From Eubacteriales bacterium (GTDB lineage: Bacteria; Bacillota; Clostridia; Christensenellales; Aristaeellaceae): a stretch of DNA of 64,000 nucleotides. The notes under the pieces are model-generated. The model saw only the letters and a program-made list of their open reading frames with translations. It made no database searches and was not told the DNA's origin. Shown in pieces: positions 52,040 through 60,381 of the stretch. The stretch lies in contig JAVBQA010000018.1 of the NCBI GenBank assembly GCA_031549325.1, positions 18,621 to 82,620 of the forward strand, written 5' to 3'. The position numbers and the translations under genes are program-made. Numbering within the stretch: the first letter of the stretch is position 1; every line of letters starts with the position of its first letter.

Positions 52040-53239
52040 TTATCCTCTGAGCGGCTCCAGGCACCGCGCCAGAATCCCGTTCATGTGCGCGATCAGCACG
52101 CCGTAATTCACCATGGGCACGCCCTGCGCCTGGGCCTGGTCGACCCGCGCGCGCATCTGCGCCGCGGTCAGCATGCAGCCGCCGCAGTGAACCACCAGTT
52201 TATAGGGCGACAGGTCCTCCGGGAAAGCGCCCCCGCTGGTGAAGTGGAATTCCGGCTGCGCCCCGGTGTGCGCGCGCAGCCAGCCGGGGATCTTGACCGT
52301 GCCGATGTCCTCGCACTGGCGGTGGTGGGTGCAGCCCTCCGAGACCAGCACGGCGTCGCCGTCCCTCAGGGAGTCGGCCGTTTCCGTGCCGGCCACCAGC
52401 GCGTCCAGATCGCCCTTGTAGCGCGCGAACAGCATCGAAAACGAGGTCAGCGGCAGCTCCTTCGGCGTCTGTCTGGCGATGGCGCCAAACACCTGCGAGT
52501 CGGTTACGACCAGCGCGGGCGGGGAGTTCAGCAGGCCCAGCGCGGCCCCGTATTCGACATCCCGCGTCACGACGGGGATCGCCCCGCCCTCCAGCAGATC
52601 GCGGATCACCTGCTGCTGGGGCAGGATCAGCCGTCCCTTGGGCGCGCCCGGATCGATGGGCGTCACCAGCACGCAGGCCTGGCCGGGGCCGACCAGGTCG
52701 CGCACCAGCAAGCGCGCCGGGTCGTCCGGCTTCATGCCGGCCAGCAGCGCCAAAAGCGCTTGGACGCCTTCTCCTGTGCTGGCGCTGACGGGCAGCAAGC
52801 GGGCCCCGTATTGTTCGGCCAGCGCCTCCCACCGGGCGTCTGCGCCCAGATCCGCCTTGTTGGCCGCGATGACCAGCGGTTTTTGCTGTTGCCTGGCTTG
52901 CGCGAGAAAGGCGCGCTCCCCATCGGTTGGGGCCTGGCTGCCGTCGGCCACGAACAGCAGGATGTCGCAGCCGGGAAGCTCCCGCATCGCCCGGGCCACC
53001 CGCTGCCGCCCGAGCGCGCTGTCGTCGTCCAGTCCGGCGGTGTCGATCAGCGTCACCGGGCCAAGGGGCAGCAGCTCCATCGCCTTTTTCACCGGGTCGG
53101 TGGTGGTGCCGCGCCGAGCGGACACGATGGACACGCTCTGCCCGGTCAGCGCGTTGAGGAGGCTGGATTTGCCCGCGTTGGCGCGCCCAAAGATCGCGAT
53201 GCGCGCGCGGGACGCCTCGGGGGTCTGGTTCATGCTCAT
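52040..53239 (-). CDS. hydF: [FeFe] hydrogenase H-cluster maturation GTPase HydF
   Basis: ORF 52040..53260. GRANAGKSSLLNALTGQ P-loop and a C-terminal CxHx(n)HCxxC-type cluster site (EGCTHHRQC ... VHCGGC). Start is ATG 53239 (AAGGAG RBS), or 53260 coupled to the hydE stop. Confidence 0.9.
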   Translation of the reverse strand: MSMNQTPEASRARIAIFGRANAGKSSLLNALTGQSVSIVSARRGTTTDPVKKAMELLPLGPVTLIDTAGLDDDSALGRQRVARAMRELPGCDILLFVADGSQAPTDGERAFLAQARQQQKPLVIAANKADLGADARWEALAEQYGARLLPVSASTGEGVQALLALLAGMKPDDPARLLVRDLVGPGQACVLVTPIDPGAPKGRLILPQQQVIRDLLEGGAIPVVTRDVEYGAALGLLNSPPALVVTDSQVFGAIARQTPKELPLTSFSMLFARYKGDLDALVAGTETADSLRDGDAVLVSEGCTHHRQCEDIGTVKIPGWLRAHTGAQPEFHFTSGGAFPEDLSPYKLVVHCGGCMLTAAQMRARVDQAQAQGVPMVNYGVLIAHMNGILARCLEPLRG

Positions 53240-53256
53240 GGGCGCTCCTTTTTTCA

Positions 53257-54312
53257 TCATGCGGGGTTGCGCGGCGTGTTCAGGCGCGGTTCGCCCAGGC
53301 GGCAGTGGTCGCCGCGCCCGAAATCCGGGGTGAATCCGGCGACGGCGACGCTGTCCATGATCTGGCGCAGGCCCTCGTCGACGCCGCTGTCGATGCCGAT
53401 CTTGCCGTCATACAGCAGGTAATCCCCCCGGCGCTCGGTGGGGGTGAGGTTGGGCATGACCACGTTGGCCCCCGCCCTAAGGCCCAGCTCGCGCCCGCCG
53501 GGCACCAGCGTGCCCAGCGCCGTGGTGGCGGGCAGCATCGCCTGGGGCAGCAGCAGCCGGACCAGCGCCAGCATGGTCAGCGTCAGGGACAGGGAACCGG
53601 GCGGTTCGCCCGCGAACGGCGTGTCCGACTGGGGCAAGAAGGGCCCGATGCCCACCATCTCGGGCTGAAGCGCCTTCAAAAACAGCATGTCCTGAGCCAG
53701 CGTTTCAAACGTCTGCCCCGGGCTGCCCGCCATGAACCCCGCGCCCACCTGGAACCCCAGCTCCTTCAGCGCGAACAGGCAGCGCTTGCGGGAATCCAGC
53801 GTCTGCGCGGGCGGGTGCAGCCGCGCGAAGTGGGCGGCGTCGGCGGTCTCATGGCGCAGCAGGTAGCGGTCGGCGCCCGCTTGGCGCAGCCGCTTGTACA
53901 TCTCCGGGGGCAGCTCGCCCATGGACAGCGTCAGCGCGGCGCCGGGGAACTCGGCCTTGATGCGTTCCACGACGTTCACCATCTGCCCGCCGTTGTAAAC
54001 CCCGTCCTCGCCGCCCTGCAGCACGAAGCTGTGAAAGCCGCGCTCGCGCCCGGCGCGCACGCAGCACAGGATTTCCTCCGGGGACAGCCGGTAGCGGCGC
54101 ACGCCCTTGTTGCCCCTGCGCAGCCCGCAGTAGTAGCAGTCCATCCGGCAGACGTTGCTGAACTCCACCAGGCCGCGGAAGAACACCCGGTGACCATAGT
54201 AGGGCAGCCGCGCCTGGTCGGCGGCGCGCAGCAACGCCCCGGACGGCCCCCGCGCCTCCCGCTCGATCAGGGCCGCCCACTCCGCCTTGTTCAGCGCGCC
54301 CAGATCATACAT
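53257..54312 (-). CDS. hydE: [FeFe] hydrogenase maturase HydE (radical SAM)
   Basis: ORF 53257..54375. ATG 54312 overlaps the hydG stop by 8 nt. CRMDCYYCGLR radical SAM motif; biotin-synthase-like length. Context is hydG-hydE-hydF. Confidence 0.88.
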   Translation of the reverse strand: MYDLGALNKAEWAALIEREARGPSGALLRAADQARLPYYGHRVFFRGLVEFSNVCRMDCYYCGLRRGNKGVRRYRLSPEEILCCVRAGRERGFHSFVLQGGEDGVYNGGQMVNVVERIKAEFPGAALTLSMGELPPEMYKRLRQAGADRYLLRHETADAAHFARLHPPAQTLDSRKRCLFALKELGFQVGAGFMAGSPGQTFETLAQDMLFLKALQPEMVGIGPFLPQSDTPFAGEPPGSLSLTLTMLALVRLLLPQAMLPATTALGTLVPGGRELGLRAGANVVMPNLTPTERRGDYLLYDGKIGIDSGVDEGLRQIMDSVAVAGFTPDFGRGDHCRLGEPRLNTPRNPA

Positions 54313-55699
54313 ACAAATCACGCTCGCCGGCCCGGATGCGCTCGATGTTCTCGCGGGTCTTTTCGCGCATGACATCGCTCGCGATGTTGGGCAGCTGCTG
54401 CCCGATCAGCGCCTCGGTCTTGGCCTGGAACGCGTCGCTGCCGTAATCCATGGCGTACTCCATCAGCGTCATCAGCCCGTTGGGCAGGCACACGTTCTTG
54501 ATGTTGCCGCTCTTGGCCAGGCTCATGAATCGGTCGCCGGTTCTCCCCTTTCGGTAGCAGGCCGTGCAGAAGCTCGGCACCACGCCCTCGTCCATCAGCC
54601 AGTCGATGATCTCGGCGGCGGAGCGGTTGTCGGCCACCTCGAACTGGGAGGACTTGCTCTCCCGCCTGGCGTAGCCGCCCACCTCCACCGCGGAGCCGCC
54701 GCTGACCTGGGAGACGCCGATGCCGATCAGCTTTTTTCTCATGTCCACGCGCTCGCGGGTGGAGATGATCATGCCGGTGTAGGGAACCGCCAGCCGCAGC
54801 ACCGCCACCAGCTTCAGGAACTCGGCGTCGCTCGGGATGTGTTTGGCGACGGAGGCGTCCGCGCCGTCAGCCTTCTGGATGCGCGGCACCGAAATCGTGT
54901 GGAACCCCACGCCGTATTCTTGCTCCAGGTGCTCGCCGTGCAGCATCAGCGCGATCACCTCGAACCGGTAGTCGTACAGCCCGAACAGTACGCCCGCGCC
55001 CACGTCTTCGATCCCGGCCCGCATGGCGCGGTCAAACGCCGTCAGGTGGTAGAAGTAGTCGCGCTTCGGGCCGCCCGCGTGCACCGCCTCGTAGGTGGGG
55101 TGGTGGTAAGTCTCCTGGAACAGGATGTAGGTGCCGATGCCCGCGTCGTGCAGCTTTTTGTAGTCCTCCACGGTGGTGGCGGCAATGTTCACGTTGCAGC
55201 GCCGGATGTCGCCGTTCCCGAACTTCATGTCGTACACAGTTTTGAGCACGTCAGTGACGTAGTCGATGGGGCAGTTGACCGGGTCTTCGCCCGCCTCCAG
55301 GGCCAGCCGCTTGTGGCCCATGGCCTCGAGCAGCCTGACCTCTTCGCGCACTTCGTCAAGCGTCAGCTTGCGGCGCTCGAATTGGTGGTGGCAGTTGAAC
55401 CCGCAGTACAGGCAGTTGTTCACGCAGTAATCGCTGACGTACAGCGGCGCGAACAGCACGATGCGGTCGCCGTAAATATGGCGCTTGATTTTGTTGGCGA
55501 TGCGAAAGATGCGCAGGATGTGCTCGGCGCTGTCCGTGCAGATCAGCGCCGCCACCTCCCGGTGGGACAGGCCCTGCAGGCGGTCGGCCTTGTCCAGGAT
55601 GCGGTCGAGCGCCTCGGCGGGGGTGTCCGAAGCCGAGGCCAGCAGCGACTGGATGTAGTCGTGGTCGATGAAAGGTTTGTCAAAGCCGTAGTGTTTCAT
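54305..55699 (-). CDS. hydG: [FeFe] hydrogenase maturase HydG (radical SAM tyrosine lyase)
   Basis: ORF 54305..55735; ATG 55699 follows GAGGGAGGA. CVNNCLYCGF motif and a C-terminal CX2CX22C-like region (FCTACYRKGRTGDRFMSLAKSGNIKNVC). Confidence 0.9.
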   Translation of the reverse strand: MKHYGFDKPFIDHDYIQSLLASASDTPAEALDRILDKADRLQGLSHREVAALICTDSAEHILRIFRIANKIKRHIYGDRIVLFAPLYVSDYCVNNCLYCGFNCHHQFERRKLTLDEVREEVRLLEAMGHKRLALEAGEDPVNCPIDYVTDVLKTVYDMKFGNGDIRRCNVNIAATTVEDYKKLHDAGIGTYILFQETYHHPTYEAVHAGGPKRDYFYHLTAFDRAMRAGIEDVGAGVLFGLYDYRFEVIALMLHGEHLEQEYGVGFHTISVPRIQKADGADASVAKHIPSDAEFLKLVAVLRLAVPYTGMIISTRERVDMRKKLIGIGVSQVSGGSAVEVGGYARRESKSSQFEVADNRSAAEIIDWLMDEGVVPSFCTACYRKGRTGDRFMSLAKSGNIKNVCLPNGLMTLMEYAMDYGSDAFQAKTEALIGQQLPNIASDVMREKTRENIERIRAGERDLYV

Positions 55700-55762
55700 G
55701 GGTGTTCCTCCCTCGATGCCGTGACAACCATTCATGCAGCCGATGGAGGGGTTTTGTTGGGG

Positions 55763-56023
55763 TTACTCTGGCCGGATGGCCTCGCCCGCGATGGACGCCT
55801 TTACCGTCACGCCCGGGAGTTTCCCGAGCTTCCCGGTGAACGCGTTGATCCGGTCCAGCTCGGACACCACCGTCAGCGCGATCAGCGCCACGCCGCTCTT
55901 TTCGAACGGGATGCCCATCCGGCCGCGCAGCATGTCGTTGTACTCGGACACCACGTCGTTGAACGCGCGCTGGGTGACCCGGGGCTGTTCCAGAATGACC
56001 GAGATGATCGCCGCCCGCCTCAT
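55763..56023 (-). CDS. TM1266-family iron-only hydrogenase system regulator (small ACT/NikR-C-like protein)
   Basis: 86 aa. AIISVILEQPRVTQRAFNDVVSEYNDMLRGRMGIPF matches my recollection of this small family. Located directly upstream of hydG. Confidence 0.7.
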   Translation of the reverse strand: MRRAAIISVILEQPRVTQRAFNDVVSEYNDMLRGRMGIPFEKSGVALIALTVVSELDRINAFTGKLGKLPGVTVKASIAGEAIRPE

Positions 56024-56037
56024 GGCTGCTGCCCCCT

Positions 56038-56078
56038 TAAAAAGAATGTTCCCCTCCGGCTGACGGCCAAAGGGGAAC
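56038..56078 (-). terminator. intrinsic terminator/attenuator inside the hyd operon leader
   Basis: Minus strand reads GTTCCCCT-ttggccgtcagccgg-AGGGGAAC followed by ATTCTTTTT. It ends 14 nt upstream of ATG 56023, immediately before its AAGGGGG RBS. Confidence 0.6.
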
Positions 56079-56201
56079 AGCGAATGACGCTTTTGCTCAC
56101 CTCGGGCGAATCAGACGAATCTTCTTCGGAAGGCACGGGGTTTTTTGCTGTTCACACATCGCAAGTGGTTACTCGCGTCGCATGAATGGTTGTTCAGATG
56201 C

Positions 56202-56230
56202 ATCATAGCAGATGGATAGGAATTTGTCAA
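56202..56230 (-). promoter_or_regulatory. sigma-A type promoter of the TM1266-like/hydGEF operon
   Basis: Minus strand reads TTGACA (56230-56225, overlapping the fucosidase stop codon), 17-nt spacer, TATGAT. Confidence 0.55.
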
Positions 56231-57681
56231 GTGCAGAATCCGGCCTTGCGGTTCAGCCGCACCGCCAGCGGCAGCGGCTGGGCGAGCAGATCGGCGTCCA
56301 GCTTCACATGCAGCCCGTCCGCCAGCTGCCGGGCCTCGAGCGCTCTGCCCTCCATGCTGGTGGCGATCCGGTAGCCGTCCGCTTCCCGCACTTCAGCCAG
56401 CACCAGCTCGTCCTCCGGCCGGCCCAGCGCGATGGCGTAAAGCGTCTGGCCGCGCGTGGTGTAGCGAATGTCGCGCCCGGTGAACCGGGGCCGCTTGCCG
56501 TCGGTAAACTCGCCCTCGGGGGCCTGGGTCGGCCCCTCGCCGGACACGCGCCAGGCGCGGGAGCCATAGATCGCCTCGCCGTTTTTCGAAAGCCACCGGC
56601 CAATCTCCTGCAGCATCTCGCGCTCGCGCTCCGGGATGGCGCCGTCCGCCCTGGGGCCGATGTTCAGCAGCATGCAGCCGTTTTTGGCGACCACCTCGAT
56701 CAAGTCGCACAGGATCTCGAGCGGCTGCTTGTAGTCGTGATCGTCCACATAGCCCCAGGAGTTCTTGCTGACCGAGGTGTCGTTCTGCCACAGCATCTTC
56801 GGGATGCCGGGCACCTGGCCGCGCTCCACGTCGAAGATGGCGCAGCCCGGGTCGAACGCCCGGTACTTGTAGTTGATGGCGACGCCCTCGCCCCACTCGG
56901 CCGCGCGGTTGTAGTAGAACGCCGCGAACTTTTCGAGGTAGGGCCGAAAGCACAGGTGGGTCACCCACCAGTCGAACCAGACCAGCTGGGGGCGGTGCAG
57001 ATCCACCAGCTCGCAGGTGCGGGCCAGCCAGTCGTCCATGAACTCGGCCGTGGGCGGCACCGCGGTAACGCTGAACTGATCCACCAGCCCGGGCGCGGCC
57101 GGGCCGTAGAAGTCCTCGAGCTCGGGGGTGTAGTCGCTCGGGATCTTGTGCACGCCGTCCATGTACCAGTAGTGCTCGGCGCGGTGGCTGGACGCGCCGC
57201 ACACGATGCCCTCCGCCCGCGCCGCCTGAAACAGCTCGCCCAGGATGTCGCGCCGGGGCCCCATCTGTTTCGCGTTCCAGCGGCTGAGCTCGCTGCCATA
57301 CATCTGGAAGCCGTCGTGGTGCTCGGCCACGGGCACGATGTACTTCGCGCCCGACGCCACAAACAGCTGCGCCCAGTCCCGGGCGTCGAAGGATTCCGCC
57401 TTGAAAAGGGGGATGAAGTCCTTGTAGCCGAAGGATTTCTGCGGGCCGTAGGTCTTGATGTGATGCTCAAAATGGGGGGAGCCGGGCTGGTACATCAGGC
57501 GCGGGTACCACTCGTTGCCGAACGCGGGCACGCAGTACGGCCCCCAGTGGATGAACAGCCCGAACTTGGCGTCCTGATACCAGTCGGGCGCCCGGTACGC
57601 CGCCAGCGACGCCATGCTGGCCGAGAAAGGCCCCTGCTCGATCACCCGCTGGATGTGGGTCAGCCGTTCCGAATGGTTCAT
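56227..57681 (-). CDS. alpha-L-fucosidase, glycoside hydrolase family 29
   Basis: The last 484 codons of ORF 56227..58428; ATG 57681 follows GGAAAGGAG. GH29 blocks KFGLFIHWGPY and YIVPVAEHHDGFQMY. Confidence 0.9.
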   Translation of the reverse strand: MNHSERLTHIQRVIEQGPFSASMASLAAYRAPDWYQDAKFGLFIHWGPYCVPAFGNEWYPRLMYQPGSPHFEHHIKTYGPQKSFGYKDFIPLFKAESFDARDWAQLFVASGAKYIVPVAEHHDGFQMYGSELSRWNAKQMGPRRDILGELFQAARAEGIVCGASSHRAEHYWYMDGVHKIPSDYTPELEDFYGPAAPGLVDQFSVTAVPPTAEFMDDWLARTCELVDLHRPQLVWFDWWVTHLCFRPYLEKFAAFYYNRAAEWGEGVAINYKYRAFDPGCAIFDVERGQVPGIPKMLWQNDTSVSKNSWGYVDDHDYKQPLEILCDLIEVVAKNGCMLLNIGPRADGAIPEREREMLQEIGRWLSKNGEAIYGSRAWRVSGEGPTQAPEGEFTDGKRPRFTGRDIRYTTRGQTLYAIALGRPEDELVLAEVREADGYRIATSMEGRALEARQLADGLHVKLDADLLAQPLPLAVRLNRKAGFCT

Positions 57682-58460
57682 AAATGCTCCTTTCCTTGCG
57701 AGGCGCCGCCGTCTTCGCGGTACTGCTGGGGGCTCTTGCCGGTGGACTGGCGGAAGATGCGCGAGAAGTAGCCCTGATCCTGATAGCCCACGCGCTCGGC
57801 GATCTGGCGCACGCTCTGCCCGGGGAACGCCCGTAGCAGCCGCTTGGCCTCGTTGATCCGAAGCGCGGTCTGGTAGCGCTGGGGCGGCTCGCCGTACTTC
57901 TTGGCGAACAGCCGCGAGAGGTGCGCGGCGCTGTAGTTCATGCTGCCCGACAGCGCGCTCAGGCTGATCTCCTCGAACGCGTGCCGCTCGATGTGCAGCC
58001 GGATCGCGCAGAGCGCCTCGTCGACGCCGGTCATGGCCGGACCCATGGCCCGGCGCGCCGCGCCCCGCCGCGCGTCCAGCTGGATGCGCACCTGGGTCAG
58101 CGCGCGGGAAAGCTCGTCCTGCGCGATGGGCTTGAGCAGATAGTCGAACGCGCCCAGGCGCAGCGCCGTCCGGGCATACTCGAACTCGCCGTAGCCGCTG
58201 AGCAGCACGCACGCCGCGCACAGGCCGCGCTCCGTGGCGGCCTTCAGCAGCTCGATGCCGTCCATCACCGGCATGCGGATGTCGGTGATCAGAAGATCCG
58301 CGGGCTGCTCCGCCAGCAGATTCAGCGCTTCTTTGCCATTCTGCGCCATGCCGCACACGCAAAACGGCTGGCCGCTCTTCTCGATCTTGCGCCGAAGCGC
58401 CTCGAGCAGCAGCGGCTCGTCCTCGCACAGCACCACGCGGTAGGGTCCGCTCTGCGTCAC
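57678..58460 (-). CDS. two-component response regulator, AraC-type output (YesN-like)
   Basis: 260 codons from GTG 58460 (GTGA overlap with the kinase stop). REC domain LLITDIRMPVMDG. AraC HTH SAAHLSRLFAKKYG ... GYQDQGYFSRIFRQSTG. Confidence 0.88.
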   Translation of the reverse strand: MTQSGPYRVVLCEDEPLLLEALRRKIEKSGQPFCVCGMAQNGKEALNLLAEQPADLLITDIRMPVMDGIELLKAATERGLCAACVLLSGYGEFEYARTALRLGAFDYLLKPIAQDELSRALTQVRIQLDARRGAARRAMGPAMTGVDEALCAIRLHIERHAFEEISLSALSGSMNYSAAHLSRLFAKKYGEPPQRYQTALRINEAKRLLRAFPGQSVRQIAERVGYQDQGYFSRIFRQSTGKSPQQYREDGGASQGKEHL

Positions 58461-60205
58461 GGTTGATCGCCTCCCCGATGGTTGCCGACGGTGACCCGGG
58501 CGCCGCCGCCGTTCAGGTTTTGGATGTGCAGCAGGAAGTCGTCCCCGTAGCACAGCTTCAGCCGCATGGCGATGTTCAGCAGGCCCATGCCGCCGATGCG
58601 CATGGACGGCAGCACGCCCCGCCGGCGCACCAGTTCGACGGCCTCGATCAGCCCGTCCAGCGTGCGCCCGTCCAGCCCCGGCCCGTCGTCCATCACGCTG
58701 GCGCGCCAGCCCGCCACCACGCCGCGCACCTCCACCCGGAGGCGCCAGGGCGGCTGCCTGGTGCAGCCGTACTTGATGGCGTTCTCCACAAGCGGCTGGA
58801 TGGACAGCTTGGGGATGCGCAGCCCCAGGATCTCCTCGTCCACGCGGATCTCGGCGACCAGGTTCGCGCCGTAGCGCAGCTTCATGCACTCGATGTAGTC
58901 GTCCAGGTGGGCGATCTCATCCCCGACGGGCACCATGCCCTCGCCGTCCGCGCCGATGTAGCGCAGCATCCGGGAGATGCTCCCGATCATGTGCGCCGCC
59001 CGCGCGTTGTCGCCCAGGTCGACCAGCGCCTCCAGGTTGGAGAGGGTGTTGTAAAGGAAGTGCGGGTTCATCTGGCTCTGCAGCGCCAGCATGTGGGACT
59101 GCAGCTCCTGCTGCTTGGTTAGCATCAGCTCGTCGACCGAGCGGGTGAGCCGCCCCTTCAGCTGGTCAAAGCTGCCCGACAGCGCCGCCAGCTCGTCCAG
59201 GTCCGGCTCCGTCGGCTCCTGCTCGTCCTGGCCGTCCAGCGTGAACCGCGCCATGCGCCCGGCCAGCGCGTGGATGGGCCGGGTGAACTGGCGGGAGGCG
59301 AGATAGGCCAGCCCCAGCGCCAGCGCCAGCAGCCCGCCCAGCATCCAAAGCGTCGTGCGGGTCATGGCGTTCAGCGGCGCCAGCACCGCGCTTCTGGCCC
59401 TGACGGCGGCCAGCGTCCAGTCGCACTCGGACGACGTGCGCCACGCCACCAGGTCCTCTTCAAGCTCCAGAATGCCGGAGCTGCCGTCCCCGGGCATGGC
59501 CTCGCGCACCCGGTCGGGCAGCGAGCCGCCCAGCGGATACACCAGCGCGCCGTCGCCGTTCCAGATGAACACGTCCATCGGGCCTTCCTGGGACACGCCG
59601 TCCAACAGGTTCATGGCGTCGGCCACCACCTCCACCACGCCCAACTGGCTGCGGAAGCTCTGCTTCACGACGCGCCGCAGCGCGATGTAGCGGTTGTACT
59701 TGATCAGCGCGCCGTCCTGGGCCGGCAGGGACAGCACCTTCGCGCCATCCCTGGCGAGCACCTCGGCCAGCCAGGGCAGCGCGCCCGGGCTGTAGGCATA
59801 CTGGCCGTTCACCATGCCGGTGGCCACCATGACCGGCTTCTCCAGCGCATACAGCCGGATCTCGGCGGCGGGTAGCATGGGGCCGTTGACGAACACCAGG
59901 TGGTCGGAAAGCTCCGTCAGCGCGTCGTGGGGCAGCCGCCCCTGGGCGTTCAGCCGCTCCATGGCGGCGCGCACGCGCGAGGAATGGGTGATCGCCACGC
60001 TCACCGAGTTCAGCGAGCGGATGCTCTGGTCCACGGCGGCCATCTGGGCGCGGGCCGAGTCCCTGAGCGATTCGTAGGCGGTGCGCTTCAGCGAAGGCGA
60101 CATGGCCAGGTACAGCAGCAGGTACACCGACAGCGCGACCAGCAGCGCGATCAGCGCGAAGTACGCGAACAGGCGCGCGCGAATCCGCGAGCGTGCCCTG
60201 CGCAT
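58457..60205 (-). CDS. sensor histidine kinase (YesM-like, HAMP + His_kinase + HATPase)
   Basis: ORF 58457..60280; ATG 60205 follows AGGTGAGGTGG. Two TM segments. NPHFLYNTLSNL (LytS/YesM-type H box); HATPase_c LVENAIKYG, DDGPG. Confidence 0.88.
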   Translation of the reverse strand: MRRARSRIRARLFAYFALIALLVALSVYLLLYLAMSPSLKRTAYESLRDSARAQMAAVDQSIRSLNSVSVAITHSSRVRAAMERLNAQGRLPHDALTELSDHLVFVNGPMLPAAEIRLYALEKPVMVATGMVNGQYAYSPGALPWLAEVLARDGAKVLSLPAQDGALIKYNRYIALRRVVKQSFRSQLGVVEVVADAMNLLDGVSQEGPMDVFIWNGDGALVYPLGGSLPDRVREAMPGDGSSGILELEEDLVAWRTSSECDWTLAAVRARSAVLAPLNAMTRTTLWMLGGLLALALGLAYLASRQFTRPIHALAGRMARFTLDGQDEQEPTEPDLDELAALSGSFDQLKGRLTRSVDELMLTKQQELQSHMLALQSQMNPHFLYNTLSNLEALVDLGDNARAAHMIGSISRMLRYIGADGEGMVPVGDEIAHLDDYIECMKLRYGANLVAEIRVDEEILGLRIPKLSIQPLVENAIKYGCTRQPPWRLRVEVRGVVAGWRASVMDDGPGLDGRTLDGLIEAVELVRRRGVLPSMRIGGMGLLNIAMRLKLCYGDDFLLHIQNLNGGGARVTVGNHRGGDQP

Positions 60206-60381
60206 GCGCACCACCTCACCTTTATGGGCATTATACGCCATCCGTTTACAATCGGCAATTGTGTGGCGGCCATATATCATTTTTATCCTATAATATCAGC
60301 GGATTTGTTCATAGACTGAATATGTTAATTCGAATAGACTGGTGTTACAGCAATATCCACAATTTGAGGAGGTATGTTTCT

